Shown: in pieces, positions 8,179 through 16,574 of the stretch
Numbering within the stretch: position 1 is the first letter of the stretch
How the letters are laid out: every line of letters begins with the position of its first letter
Assembly: GCA_039208735.1 (NCBI GenBank)
Contig: JBCCQY010000179.1
Span: 1 to 18,847, forward strand
Reading direction: 5' to 3'
DNA from: Myxococcota bacterium
Lineage (GTDB): Bacteria; Myxococcota_A; UBA796; GCA-2862545
DNA length: 18,847 bases
Position numbers and translations under genes: made by a program
The notes under the pieces: generated by a model
Seen by the model: only the letters and a program-made list of their open reading frames with translations
The model's database searches: none
Told to the model about the DNA's origin: nothing

Positions 8179-8281
8179 AGGCCTTGGGTGAACCCACTGC
8201 ATGGTGGCATGCTTCGACACGCATGGCCCGTCCTGGATTGGCACGGCATATCGTCCTCATTGCATACGAAGGGAGTGCATC

Positions 8282-8695
8282 ATGGACGAGGCAAGCCAAG
8301 CGTCGTTGGATACCGTGATGGCCTTTATGGCGGCGATGGGCAGCGGTGACATGGAGGGCATGGGTCGTCTCATGGCCGACGACATGGTCTGGCACAACGA
8401 AGGCGACACTTCGCTCCCGTGGATCGGGGAGACCCGCGGAAAAGCCGCGATTTTCGATTTTCTTGGTGTGTTTTCGTCAAACCTAAAGACGACGAAGTGG
8501 GAGAACGCGGACGCGTTTGCGTCGGGCGATACGGTCGCCGTCTTTGGGGTGATGAACGGCACGACGACACGGTCTGGCCAGCAGACGGGAGACTTCTCGT
8601 TTGCGCTGCGCGCGAAGGTCCGCGATGGGCAGGTGGTTCTGTGGCACTGGTTTGAAGACAGCTTCGCGCTGAGCCGGGCTTACCACGGCTCGTGA
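8282..8695 (+). CDS. SnoaL-like / NTF2-family (ketosteroid isomerase-like) protein
   Basis: AFMAAMGSGDMEGMGRLMADDMVWH...PWIGETRGKAAIFDF...KVRDGQVV...FEDS. AAGGGAG RBS before ATG 8282. Confidence 0.9.
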   Translation: MDEASQASLDTVMAFMAAMGSGDMEGMGRLMADDMVWHNEGDTSLPWIGETRGKAAIFDFLGVFSSNLKTTKWENADAFASGDTVAVFGVMNGTTTRSGQQTGDFSFALRAKVRDGQVVLWHWFEDSFALSRAYHGS

Positions 8696-8836
8696 GTCGC
8701 CTCAGCGGTTCGATGCGGGCCGCGCTCAGTTCTTCTGGGATCTGGACCTTCGCCACAGCACCATCCTTCCGACCGTCCGCTTGCGTCGCGTCCGAACGTT
8801 GGTGGGTCTGCGATGGTGTTCAGAGTAGAGGCGCAC

Positions 8837-9658
8837 ATGTCCATTCCAAGACCCCTTGCCCACCGCCTGCATCGTCTTCACGAAAGCCAAGAGCGGACCG
8901 AGACCGAAAACCTCTTGGCGGCCGGCATTGGACCGCGCATGGGCGTGAGCACTCGCAGCTGGCCCAACGACCTGTGGTCCGTGCGGTCGTCCCAAGCCCC
9001 TCGCCACCAACCCGGCAACCAGGTCATCGGGCTCACCAAGGACCATCTCCACCAGCTTGGCGACCTCACGGCTTGGTTCGACGAGGTCAACGCCCATCTG
9101 CACCTGCGTTGGCCCGCAGCAGACGTTCGAGCCGTCAGCGAACGTCTCGCCGAAGCCGGTCTACGTGCCCACGAAGTTGAAGCGTGGATGGCATCGCCCC
9201 TCGACGCGCTCGAAGTTGAGGGTCCGCCCCATGCGATCGGCTTGGTCGAAAATGAGACGGATCTACGCGACTGGACCACGGCCTTCTGGCAAGGTTGGGC
9301 AATTGATGACCCCGCCATGCGCGAGGTCGCGGCCGGTGCCATGGCGACTTGGCCTGGGCCTTCAAACTGGCGTCGCTATGTCGCGCGGGTCGACGGGGAG
9401 GCCGCCGGAGAAGCGCTGCTCGTGTTGTTTGGCGAGGTGGCGTACCTCGCGGAGGCCTCGACCGTTCCACGCTTCCGACGTCGTGGCATCCAGCGATCGC
9501 TCATCGCGCGTCGGTTGGCGGACGCTCGCCGTGCAGGCGCCACAGTGGTGTTTGGCGGTGTGGAGTACGGCGACGCGAGTTGGTCGAACATGCGTGCGAT
9601 GGGGCTTCGTGAGGCATCGGTTACGGTCACGTTCCGTCGGCCTCCTTCCACCCAATGA
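8837..9658 (+). CDS. GNAT-family N-acetyltransferase
   Basis: C-terminal acetyl-CoA motif A (AYLAEASTVPRFRRRGIQRSLI) and ASWSNMRAMG. GAGG RBS before ATG 8837. Confidence 0.88.
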   Translation: MSIPRPLAHRLHRLHESQERTETENLLAAGIGPRMGVSTRSWPNDLWSVRSSQAPRHQPGNQVIGLTKDHLHQLGDLTAWFDEVNAHLHLRWPAADVRAVSERLAEAGLRAHEVEAWMASPLDALEVEGPPHAIGLVENETDLRDWTTAFWQGWAIDDPAMREVAAGAMATWPGPSNWRRYVARVDGEAAGEALLVLFGEVAYLAEASTVPRFRRRGIQRSLIARRLADARRAGATVVFGGVEYGDASWSNMRAMGLREASVTVTFRRPPSTQ

Positions 9659-9757
9659 GACGTCAGACCGACAGGGGGGCCGGCCGCCACGGTGGGTGCG
9701 TCAAGTCCATCGGCAACGAAGGTTGCTCAACGCTGCACACCGAGCGATGAGACCGGC

Positions 9758-10156
9758 ATGACCCCATCCCGACCGGCCGTGGTGGAGCAGATGGTTGCCG
9801 CGTTGCAGAACGAAGCCGACCGCTTTGCTGCCATTCCTGGTTCGCTGTCTGCATCCCAGGAGGCCCGTCGCCTCGAACGGTTGCTACCCATCGTCGAGGG
9901 GTATGCCGATCTCTCCTTTTCGGCGCAAGATACGGTGACCGCCGGCGCTTTGCTCAAGACCGATGACGGACAGACCTATGTTGTCGTCGACGCAGACCAT
10001 CAGCTGCCCATCGCTTCCACGCACGCGGTTGCGGTAGTGGCCGTTCAATTCTTGCGCCGCCAACGAGCGCTTCACGTCGGCGACGTGTTCACCGTTACGC
10101 GAGGACGGCCCGGGGAAGGCACGAAGCATCCGCTCCGAATCGTTCAACTTTGGTGA
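9758..10156 (+). CDS. Hypothetical protein, possible divergent GreA/GreB C-terminal-like fold (start uncertain)
   Basis: Helical N-terminus, then VTAGALLKTDDGQTYVVV...LHVGDVFTV...LRIVQLW. It is the only plausible ORF in the gap. Confidence 0.55.
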   Translation: MTPSRPAVVEQMVAALQNEADRFAAIPGSLSASQEARRLERLLPIVEGYADLSFSAQDTVTAGALLKTDDGQTYVVVDADHQLPIASTHAVAVVAVQFLRRQRALHVGDVFTVTRGRPGEGTKHPLRIVQLW

Positions 10157-10186
10157 AGCTGCACAAGGCCCGTCGAAGGTGATCGA

Positions 10187-10957
10187 CTAGAAGAGGCCCG
10201 TAATCGTGCTTTCCGACGCCTCGTCGAGCGGGACCATGAGTTCGACCTCGAAGCCTTCCGCGACGGCATCGTGCACCGAGACAAGACGCCCGTGCATCGA
10301 CGTGAAGGACATCCGCGGGCCATCGTTGAGGCGCACCACGATGGGAATGTAGACGGGCACCTCACGAGGGCCCGCAAGCACGTTGGGCACGTGGTCGAAG
10401 TCGCCGGCCGCTACCGCACGCTCCAACGCTCTGCGAACGGGCTCGGACCGCTCCGCGACGTCTTGAATCCGCGTATAGAAACTCCCGCTTGCCTGTTCCC
10501 AGTTCTCGACGAGCCCGCGAAACCCTGGCGAAAGAAACAAGCTGTACATGTCTGGCGGGTCGTCGAACATGGCGATCATCTTGCCGCCCGGCGCATTGGT
10601 TCGAAGAAACTGCCAGTCCTGGTTGACCACAAAGGCCGGGAACGGCCAGTGGCGGAGCACTTGTCGGGTGATGAGGTCGAGGGTGGACTGTAGTTCGTCA
10701 TCATCGAGCTTGCGCCGCGGGTAGGGACTTCGAAACCCCGATGCCTCGAACAAGGCTGCACGCTGCGCAGCGGTGAGCCGAAGGCCCGCGACCAGACGCC
10801 CGATCATCGAACGGGTAGGCGCTGAACGGCCGGTCTCAAGGAACGACATGTGGCGTTGCGTGCTGCCCACCGCTTCGGCCACGGACTCCTGCGACAACCC
10901 CAACTCTCGTCGCAACGATCGAAGCCGGAACCCGAATGTGGCGGATGGATGAGCCAT
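10187..10957 (-). CDS. XRE-family HTH regulator with MmyB-like (PAS-like) ligand-binding domain
   Basis: FGFRLRSLRRELGLSQESVAEAVGSTQRHMSFLETGRSAPTRSM (HTH_3). HWPFPAFVVNQDWQFLRTN and VENWEQ fit the MmyB-type domain. GGAGG RBS. Confidence 0.92.
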   Translation of the reverse strand: MAHPSATFGFRLRSLRRELGLSQESVAEAVGSTQRHMSFLETGRSAPTRSMIGRLVAGLRLTAAQRAALFEASGFRSPYPRRKLDDDELQSTLDLITRQVLRHWPFPAFVVNQDWQFLRTNAPGGKMIAMFDDPPDMYSLFLSPGFRGLVENWEQASGSFYTRIQDVAERSEPVRRALERAVAAGDFDHVPNVLAGPREVPVYIPIVVRLNDGPRMSFTSMHGRLVSVHDAVAEGFEVELMVPLDEASESTITGLF

Positions 10958-10959
10958 CT

Positions 10960-10976
10960 ATTCCCTCCGAGAGAAT
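10960..10976. promoter_or_regulatory. 17-bp palindrome over the XRE gene RBS; probable autoregulatory operator
   Basis: ATTCCCTCCGAGAGAAT has one mismatched pair. The half-site ATTCCCT recurs 24 nt downstream at 10984. Confidence 0.5.
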
Positions 10977-11044
10977 GGTGGTCATTCCCTATCGATGTGA
11001 GACCGCCAAGCAAGGGCTTTCGCCCCTCATCCAGGAGTGTTTCC

Positions 11045-11434
11045 ATGACAACGTTTACGCCCTCTCTGCTCGCCCAGGGAATTGCTGGATTGTTCGCGGT
11101 CGCCACCCTTGTTACCGGCGCTGCGGCCCTGTTTGGCAATGCTGGGCCGTCCCTTTTGCTCCGTACCGGGGTGTTCCAATCGACCGATACCCAAGAGGTC
11201 GTGAAGGCGCCGAACGTGCGAGGCTGGGGCGCTCGCCAGGTTGTGACGGGTGTCGTGCTCTGGGGCGCGGTGCTTCTTGGCGATCAGGTGCTCTATCAGG
11301 TCGGGCTTGTGAGCTTGCTCCTTCGTCAGGCGCTCGACATCGTGAGCTACTTGCTAGACGGGACACCAGGCCGCATCACCATTTTCGTCATTGCGGCGAT
11401 TCCTACCGCGATGGCGTTCGTGAGCGTGTTGTAG
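11045..11434 (+). CDS. Small membrane protein, DUF4267-like
   Basis: AGGAG RBS before ATG 11045. About four hydrophobic segments, with VRGWGARQVVTG and RQALD motifs. Divergent from the XRE regulator. Confidence 0.75.
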   Translation: MTTFTPSLLAQGIAGLFAVATLVTGAAALFGNAGPSLLLRTGVFQSTDTQEVVKAPNVRGWGARQVVTGVVLWGAVLLGDQVLYQVGLVSLLLRQALDIVSYLLDGTPGRITIFVIAAIPTAMAFVSVL

Positions 11435-11455
11435 GCCTTTCGCAGGGTCCTGGGG

Positions 11456-11986
11456 TCAGTCAAGCAGTTGCTCTGCAGCGCGACTGGCGGCCTCCGCCCC
11501 TGCGAGATGCCTCATCAGCACCAAACCGTCGAGCAACGCAACGGCTGCTTCCGCCCGGGCCCGCCGTTCATCAGGCGACCCGGCGATGAGGGGTTCCAGC
11601 GAGGTAATCCAAGCGTTGATCAGGCCTTCGACCGTGGTGGCTAACTCCGCATCGTGCATCGCCATGCCAACGGACTCAAAGAACAAGCGGAAGAGCGGGT
11701 CTGCCGTTTCGTTCGCGACGACTTTCCAGGCTCGCCCGACCAAGGCCGCTGCCGATTCGGCAGGCTGGTCGAAGGCCGTGCCAAGGATTCCCTGAAAGTG
11801 GCCAAAGGCAGCCCCTAAAACCGCCTCGCGGAGCTGACCTTTGGTCGGGAAGTAATAGACGACGGTGCGGTCTGGGATGCCCAGGCGTTTGGCGACCCGC
11901 CCAAAGGTCAACTTCGCGAGGCCCTCCTCAAGGGTGAGCTGAGTGGCCTCGGCTAAGATGGCGTCTCGGCTGTGCTTGGCCGCCAT
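11456..11986 (-). CDS. TetR/AcrR-family transcriptional regulator
   Basis: MAAKHSRDAILAEATQLTLEEGLAKLTFGRVAKRLGIPDRTVVYYFPTKGQL is a TetR HTH. GGAG RBS before ATG 11986. Confidence 0.93.
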   Translation of the reverse strand: MAAKHSRDAILAEATQLTLEEGLAKLTFGRVAKRLGIPDRTVVYYFPTKGQLREAVLGAAFGHFQGILGTAFDQPAESAAALVGRAWKVVANETADPLFRLFFESVGMAMHDAELATTVEGLINAWITSLEPLIAGSPDERRARAEAAVALLDGLVLMRHLAGAEAASRAAEQLLD

Positions 11987-12006
11987 TCGTCTCCATCGCA
12001 ATTGCG

Positions 12007-12426
12007 TCAACGAGTCGTAGGTCCCGGTGGAGGGGACGTCAACATCGCATAGAGCTGCAGCACTCCAACCCCACCTACGATGAGCGCCAGGTAGCGCGCA
12101 TCGGCGGCCTCGCCGGCTCCGGCAAGCCACCATTGGGGCTGAGTTCCCGTCAGCACATCGCACACGAGCGCTGGTGCGGTGGCGGCGACCGCGGCAGGAA
12201 GCCGCCATGACGACGGGACAGCAAGGGCCCGGGAACAAGCTTCGAACAAGACGATGAAGCCCACCGTGCCGCCGAGCAACCACAGCCACCAGATGCCCAG
12301 CGGATCGCCGTGACTCACGGCCACGGGAAAGAACGTACGGTACGTCCAAGCAAACGCGGCCCATGCGACCACCGCAATCACCGCGAAAACACCCATCGTA
12401 CGAACGTATTGAGCGTCACTCGTCAT
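12007..12426 (-). CDS. Small integral membrane protein (weak DUF5367-like resemblance)
   Basis: About four hydrophobic helices and a GGAGG RBS. Ends 20 nt upstream of the TetR start, so probably co-transcribed with it. Confidence 0.75.
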   Translation of the reverse strand: MTSDAQYVRTMGVFAVIAVVAWAAFAWTYRTFFPVAVSHGDPLGIWWLWLLGGTVGFIVLFEACSRALAVPSSWRLPAAVAATAPALVCDVLTGTQPQWWLAGAGEAADARYLALIVGGVGVLQLYAMLTSPPPGPTTR

Positions 12427-12439
12427 CCTGCCCTCCGAA

Positions 12440-12477
12440 TGTAGTTAGCACTACACTTAAGTGTAGTCCCAACTACA
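12440..12477. promoter_or_regulatory. 38-bp palindrome made of two TGTAGT-N4-ACTACA boxes; probable TetR operator pair
   Basis: TGTAGTTAGCACTACACTTAAGTGTAGTCCCAACTACA, with boxes at 12440-12455 and 12462-12477 and a perfect 18-bp core ACTACACTTAAGTGTAGT. AT-rich, in a divergent intergenic gap. Confidence 0.8.
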
Positions 12478-12566
12478 CTGCGGGGCAAATGAACGGCAAG
12501 ATGGCTTCGGTCCCGGTTGCCTGGCCCTTCTGGCCTCCATACGCGAGCCCCACAGTGGAGGTACTC

Positions 12567-13160
12567 ATGCAAGGAGGGGCAACGTTGGCATATCGGTGGC
12601 TTTCCACGATCCTGGGTCTTCCTCTCTTCCTCTCCGCATTCCTGAACTACTACAACCGGTTCGGCGTGGATGAGGAGCAGCGCTTCGTCTACGTGATGGA
12701 CCATATTTTGGGCGAGCTAACCGGTATTCCTTCGTTCTCGATCCTCGAGACCTTTCTCTGCCTCGTGGCCGGGTTCGGCTGCCTGGCGATTTGGGTTCCG
12801 CTCGGTAGACTTCCGAACCTGTTTGGGCTGCTCATGGGGGCTTCGTACTTTGGGTTCCTCGCCCAGTACGCGTACTATGGAGGCCTTCCGGATCAGCTTG
12901 CGGGCTTCATCGCCGTCGGACTGATCTACCTCGTGGCCTTCGGATGGGGCGTGTGGGGGCAAGAGGCGTTGGGCTCCCGCAGCGTGCCTCGCGTACTCGT
13001 GGGCGCCGGGGTAGTCGGGCTCGGCCTTTTGGGGATCTCCATCCGCATGGCACTTCGCGCTCCGGAGATGGAACAGACCTTCAGCGATTACCGCCGCTAC
13101 ATGCAGCTCACGGGAATGGAGTCGCCCGAGGAACTGGGAGCGACCGAAGCAGACGAGTAG
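12567..13160 (+). CDS. Hypothetical integral membrane protein
   Basis: GGAGG RBS before ATG 12567. About five hydrophobic segments and an acidic tail. Confidence 0.78.
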   Translation: MQGGATLAYRWLSTILGLPLFLSAFLNYYNRFGVDEEQRFVYVMDHILGELTGIPSFSILETFLCLVAGFGCLAIWVPLGRLPNLFGLLMGASYFGFLAQYAYYGGLPDQLAGFIAVGLIYLVAFGWGVWGQEALGSRSVPRVLVGAGVVGLGLLGISIRMALRAPEMEQTFSDYRRYMQLTGMESPEELGATEADE

Positions 13161-13170
13161 GAGCGGCTCA

Positions 13171-14571
13171 TTAGAGGCTATCCATCGCGGCCCCGTACTG
13201 CAGAACGTCGAGCCCAGGGTGAAGGTTGAGGAGCGTCCGGGGGTTCTCCGGCTGGTCGCGAGCCACGAGATCTGCGTATTCATGGTCTCCATCGGCAATG
13301 ACCCGTACCTCGACGAACTCATCGCCCTCTCCGGGGAGCGTCCAGTACGCGCCGAGTTCGGGGCCAAGGTCTGGAAGCTGTACCGTCGTCGCGAAAGGAG
13401 CGGTAAACGTCCAGGACCGGCTGAACCCGACCGGGTAATAGGCGAAGATCGAAATCTCGCCGGCGATGGCGAGCGGCGACAGACCACTACAGGTGTCCGA
13501 TGCGGTGACGCCGTCGATGGTCAGTGAAGGCCGGTTGGCAGCCAGCTCGGTCGATTCAATTTGGATGTTCGGAAGGAAGTCGGAGTCCGTAAATGCAACC
13601 GTGGCGGTCTGGTTTACGGCCGGGACGGGGGAGACGACCTTGTTGGTCTCGACACCGGAGCGCCGACCGGCGATCAGCGCGCTCGGGAAGATAGGATGAA
13701 CCAGGGCTTCCGTCGGTGAATTCCCTCGGGTCGCGTCGAGCGTAAGGAGTTGACGGTCGAGGCGCCCCGCGGTGAAGGTGCTCTCATTGGTCCCGGGATC
13801 GACGTTGATCGTGCCGTGGTCCGTTGTCCAGGTCTGCAAGTCGACGCTGCCTTGCAGGTTCGGAGGAGTACCGGTCAGCACTGTCGACCCGACGGCAAAG
13901 GCACGCGCACGCTCTCGCGCGGGGTCCTCGAAGTCCGCGGCCACGACATCTACAGGGCCGGCGACGCAAGCGTTCCGGAGGTTGGCCCCGAAGCTTGCCG
14001 GCGTTCCCACGAGCGAGCTTGCGCCACCACACGAAACGCGAAGTTCCTGGAAGAGCCCGCCGCTCGGTGGCGCGCTGAGTTCGTAGTCGACCGAACCCAC
14101 GTTCCCCGAGGAGTTTCGAGTGCTGTCCGGCCCACCAAAGGTGAGCGTATTTCCTGGACTCACCCCAAACACCGTATCGATCGTGACGCTCTCGAATGTG
14201 GTGTACGCACTTTGGATCACGCGCGACACCGAGCCGCCTTCGGGAAGAAGGTCGGTAACCACGGTACCGGTTTCATCGGTCATCAAGGTATCGACGTAGC
14301 TGCCGTCTGGTCCGGAGAGTGCGAGCACGGCGTTGGCCACGGGCGCGTAGGTGGGAGGGTCCCCTCCGAGGGAGTCCCGCTGGAGCACTACGATGGTGAT
14401 GGGATCGGGCTTGACGGGCGTTCCCGTTTCACCCGGGGGCGTGGGGGCGGTGTCTGAAGTGCCTGGGGTTGGCGAAGGCTTGGGGGCGGTGCCGGTGTCG
14501 TCGGTCGTGAGTTCGTCATCGCCGGCACAAGCGATGACCAAGAGACAAGGAAGAAGAGTGCGAACCAGCAT
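13171..14571 (-). CDS. Hypothetical lipoprotein (Pro/Thr linker, beta-rich body)
   Basis: AAGGAG RBS before ATG 14571. MLVRTLLPCLLVIAC has a lipobox-like Cys. Linker DDTGTAPKPSPTPGTSDTAPTPPGETGTP. PVANAVLAL...TLMTDETGTV resembles a carboxypeptidase-regulatory-like beta-sandwich. Confidence 0.82.
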   Translation of the reverse strand: MLVRTLLPCLLVIACAGDDELTTDDTGTAPKPSPTPGTSDTAPTPPGETGTPVKPDPITIVVLQRDSLGGDPPTYAPVANAVLALSGPDGSYVDTLMTDETGTVVTDLLPEGGSVSRVIQSAYTTFESVTIDTVFGVSPGNTLTFGGPDSTRNSSGNVGSVDYELSAPPSGGLFQELRVSCGGASSLVGTPASFGANLRNACVAGPVDVVAADFEDPARERARAFAVGSTVLTGTPPNLQGSVDLQTWTTDHGTINVDPGTNESTFTAGRLDRQLLTLDATRGNSPTEALVHPIFPSALIAGRRSGVETNKVVSPVPAVNQTATVAFTDSDFLPNIQIESTELAANRPSLTIDGVTASDTCSGLSPLAIAGEISIFAYYPVGFSRSWTFTAPFATTVQLPDLGPELGAYWTLPGEGDEFVEVRVIADGDHEYADLVARDQPENPRTLLNLHPGLDVLQYGAAMDSL

Positions 14572-14859
14572 AGATACTCCTTCGCCGCTTCCCATGGGCC
14601 AGCCCCTGGGTGCTCCCCGGCGAGTTCTTCGACCGTCTCGAGTGCTGTTCGCAGGGTCTTCTTGCGTGAGTCCGGGTTGGGTTCGTCGTTGGGGCAACGG
14701 CCGCCAGCTGCCGCGCGCTGAAGCTCCGGTGTGACTTTCCAGGACTCCTTCACGACGGCCTCCGGTCTGGTTCCCCCTGAAGTGACCCAAAGTCGTCGCA
14801 ATTGTTGCGTGCCATCGACTCCGCCGCAGTAGCCCCATAGGGACGCGCAGGAGGCCCCG

Positions 14860-16482
14860 ATGTTGATTCTTTCGGTTTTGCTCTTGCTGACCACGGGCTG
14901 CATGGGGCCTACGGATAGGGTCGAGCCCGACTCCACGAACCCACCGACGGCCGAAACCTCCTCGAGTACTGGGGATACCGGCGACACTGGCGAATGCCGG
15001 GTCGATGAGGACTGTGGTGAGCATGCGCAGTGCCTGTCTGTCGACAATGGCGGTACGGTCTGTGACTGTGTGGCCGGCTACTCGCCGATCAACGGCACGT
15101 GTACGTTCTCGGGAATCCTGCGCGCGCCGGAAGTCGACGATGCGGACGTTTGGCAAACGACTGGCGAAGCAGTGGTGGATCCCAAGTCCGTGGGTGACCT
15201 CGATCCTGGCGTGGCCAATTGGACACGAGAGGCCATTTTGGCGGGCAGTCGGGTGTGGCAAGACGTGCAGATGCCCCCGGTCGAGCTTTCGGAGGCCCTA
15301 GGGGTGGATGTTCGGATCCAGGTCTTGCCCCAATTCGACCCGCCGCGTCCGTTCCCGCTTCCGGCCCACGCTCGCATCGGTACAGGAGGAGCGCTCCAGC
15401 GCATGCAGCTTGTCGATGGCTCACTTCAGTTCGAGACCTATCGTGCATGCCTGGGACCTTCGGCGTATGGCGGCACGGTGCGCTTCGAAGTGGTGGGCGA
15501 TCGATTTGCGGTGGCGGAGGCCATGGTCTTAGATCGGTTCGACATTCTTACCGCTGCGGAGCTCGGGCTCGATTGCCCCGCCCCAGGCTCTGTGCAGGAT
15601 GGGGGATTCGAGGGAACGGGCTGGACGGTACTCGATCAGCTTGGGGGAACCACCACCATTGAGCCGGGTGCGGGAACCAGGGAGACCGTGGGCGTTCGGT
15701 TCACCGCCGACACCACCTGCAGCCAGCTACGCGTCGAAGGAATGGCATCTTGGCCCGCCGAGCCTGGCTATGCGCTACAGTTTGCGGTTCAGGGCACCAG
15801 CGAACGGCCCCTCATCATCGAAGCGGAACCCTCATCGATCGCCGCGGTGGATGTGCCACCAACCTTTGAGACGCGTCGCGTTTGCCTGCCTGCTGCAACG
15901 CGCGGCTGGGTCCAGCCGATTCAGGTTGGTCTCCGAAGCGTGGATTCGTTCTTCGAACCTTGCGGCCCTGGCGATGAAGTGCTTGTCGATGATCTCGAGG
16001 TTGTAAAGGCTCTCGAGTGTACCGGGGAGACCTTTTCGGACCATGGTTTTGAACTCGTGGAGCAAGGCCTCGAACCGGGTTGGATCCTGGACGGCACACG
16101 GCTCGCGACCGCGGCTGAGGTCACGGACCTGCCACGGACGGGCAAAGCATCGTTGTTGCTTGAGGTCGACCGTCGGTGCGACTCGGCCTCTGCGACCACC
16201 CCCGTCCGCCTGCCGCAATCCACGAACGATGCCGGTCCAGCGCTCAAGTTCTGGCATCGAGGATCCATCGGCAACGCTGAGTTTCGCGTCTCCAACACCG
16301 TCGTGCAGCCCGAGTCCGACTGGGGGCAAACGACCATCTGTTTCCGGCCTGAATTCGCCGACCAAGTTTATGCGCTCTCGTTCGGGTTGAGTTCGGCGGG
16401 TGATTGTAGTCAGACCTTTCCGGCCGAACAGATTTATATCGACGATGTCGAACTCACCACGGACGTCAGCTGTCCGCGCTGA
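14860..16482 (+). CDS. Hypothetical lipoprotein with an EGF-like domain and three CBM/jelly-roll-like repeats
   Basis: AGGAGG RBS. MLILSVLLLLTTGC lipobox and TGDTGDTG linker. Six-Cys module CRVDEDCGEHAQC...CDCVAGYSPINGTC. Repeats carry DGGFE/DHGFE and end in LDRFDI, VDDLEV and IDDVEL. Confidence 0.88.
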   Translation: MLILSVLLLLTTGCMGPTDRVEPDSTNPPTAETSSSTGDTGDTGECRVDEDCGEHAQCLSVDNGGTVCDCVAGYSPINGTCTFSGILRAPEVDDADVWQTTGEAVVDPKSVGDLDPGVANWTREAILAGSRVWQDVQMPPVELSEALGVDVRIQVLPQFDPPRPFPLPAHARIGTGGALQRMQLVDGSLQFETYRACLGPSAYGGTVRFEVVGDRFAVAEAMVLDRFDILTAAELGLDCPAPGSVQDGGFEGTGWTVLDQLGGTTTIEPGAGTRETVGVRFTADTTCSQLRVEGMASWPAEPGYALQFAVQGTSERPLIIEAEPSSIAAVDVPPTFETRRVCLPAATRGWVQPIQVGLRSVDSFFEPCGPGDEVLVDDLEVVKALECTGETFSDHGFELVEQGLEPGWILDGTRLATAAEVTDLPRTGKASLLLEVDRRCDSASATTPVRLPQSTNDAGPALKFWHRGSIGNAEFRVSNTVVQPESDWGQTTICFRPEFADQVYALSFGLSSAGDCSQTFPAEQIYIDDVELTTDVSCPR

Positions 16483-16574
16483 AGCCCATCGCGGAGTCAA
16501 CTCATGGTTGGGCCGGATCGGTGGGTTGGTCGACGATTTGGGAAGGGCGCAAGGAGTGAGAGGACCGTCTGGGT

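Noticed and set aside
8239..8254. TGGCACG possible sigma-54 promoter before the SnoaL gene
   Set aside because: The -12 position reads CG rather than GC, so the GG-N10-GC rule is not met.
8837..10957. GNAT or XRE as a toxin-antitoxin or defence module
   Set aside because: There is no RHH/DUF1778 antitoxin beside the GNAT, which is longer than GNAT toxins. The XRE carries an MmyB-like ligand domain and has no toxin partner.
12440..12477. Palindrome as a CRISPR repeat, terminator or attC site
   Set aside because: It is a single copy with no spacers or cas/integrase genes, has no U-tract, and lies in a divergent promoter gap.
14797..14815. Minus-strand TGGCACGCAACAATTGC possible sigma-54 promoter
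   Set aside because: GG-to-GC spacing is 12 nt rather than the required 10.
14572..14859. Protein-like minus-strand stretch (LRTALETVEELAGEHPG) between the lipoproteins
   Set aside because: It has no independent start or RBS, its frame overlaps both flanking genes, and I recognise no family.
14572..15261. N-terminal 230 aa of the 696-aa ORF (similarly the extensions at 7443-7619, 11987-12364, 12363-12566, 10850-11044 and 17341-17550)
   Set aside because: These overlap neighbouring genes or operators. Internal starts have a clear RBS plus a signal peptide or domain start.
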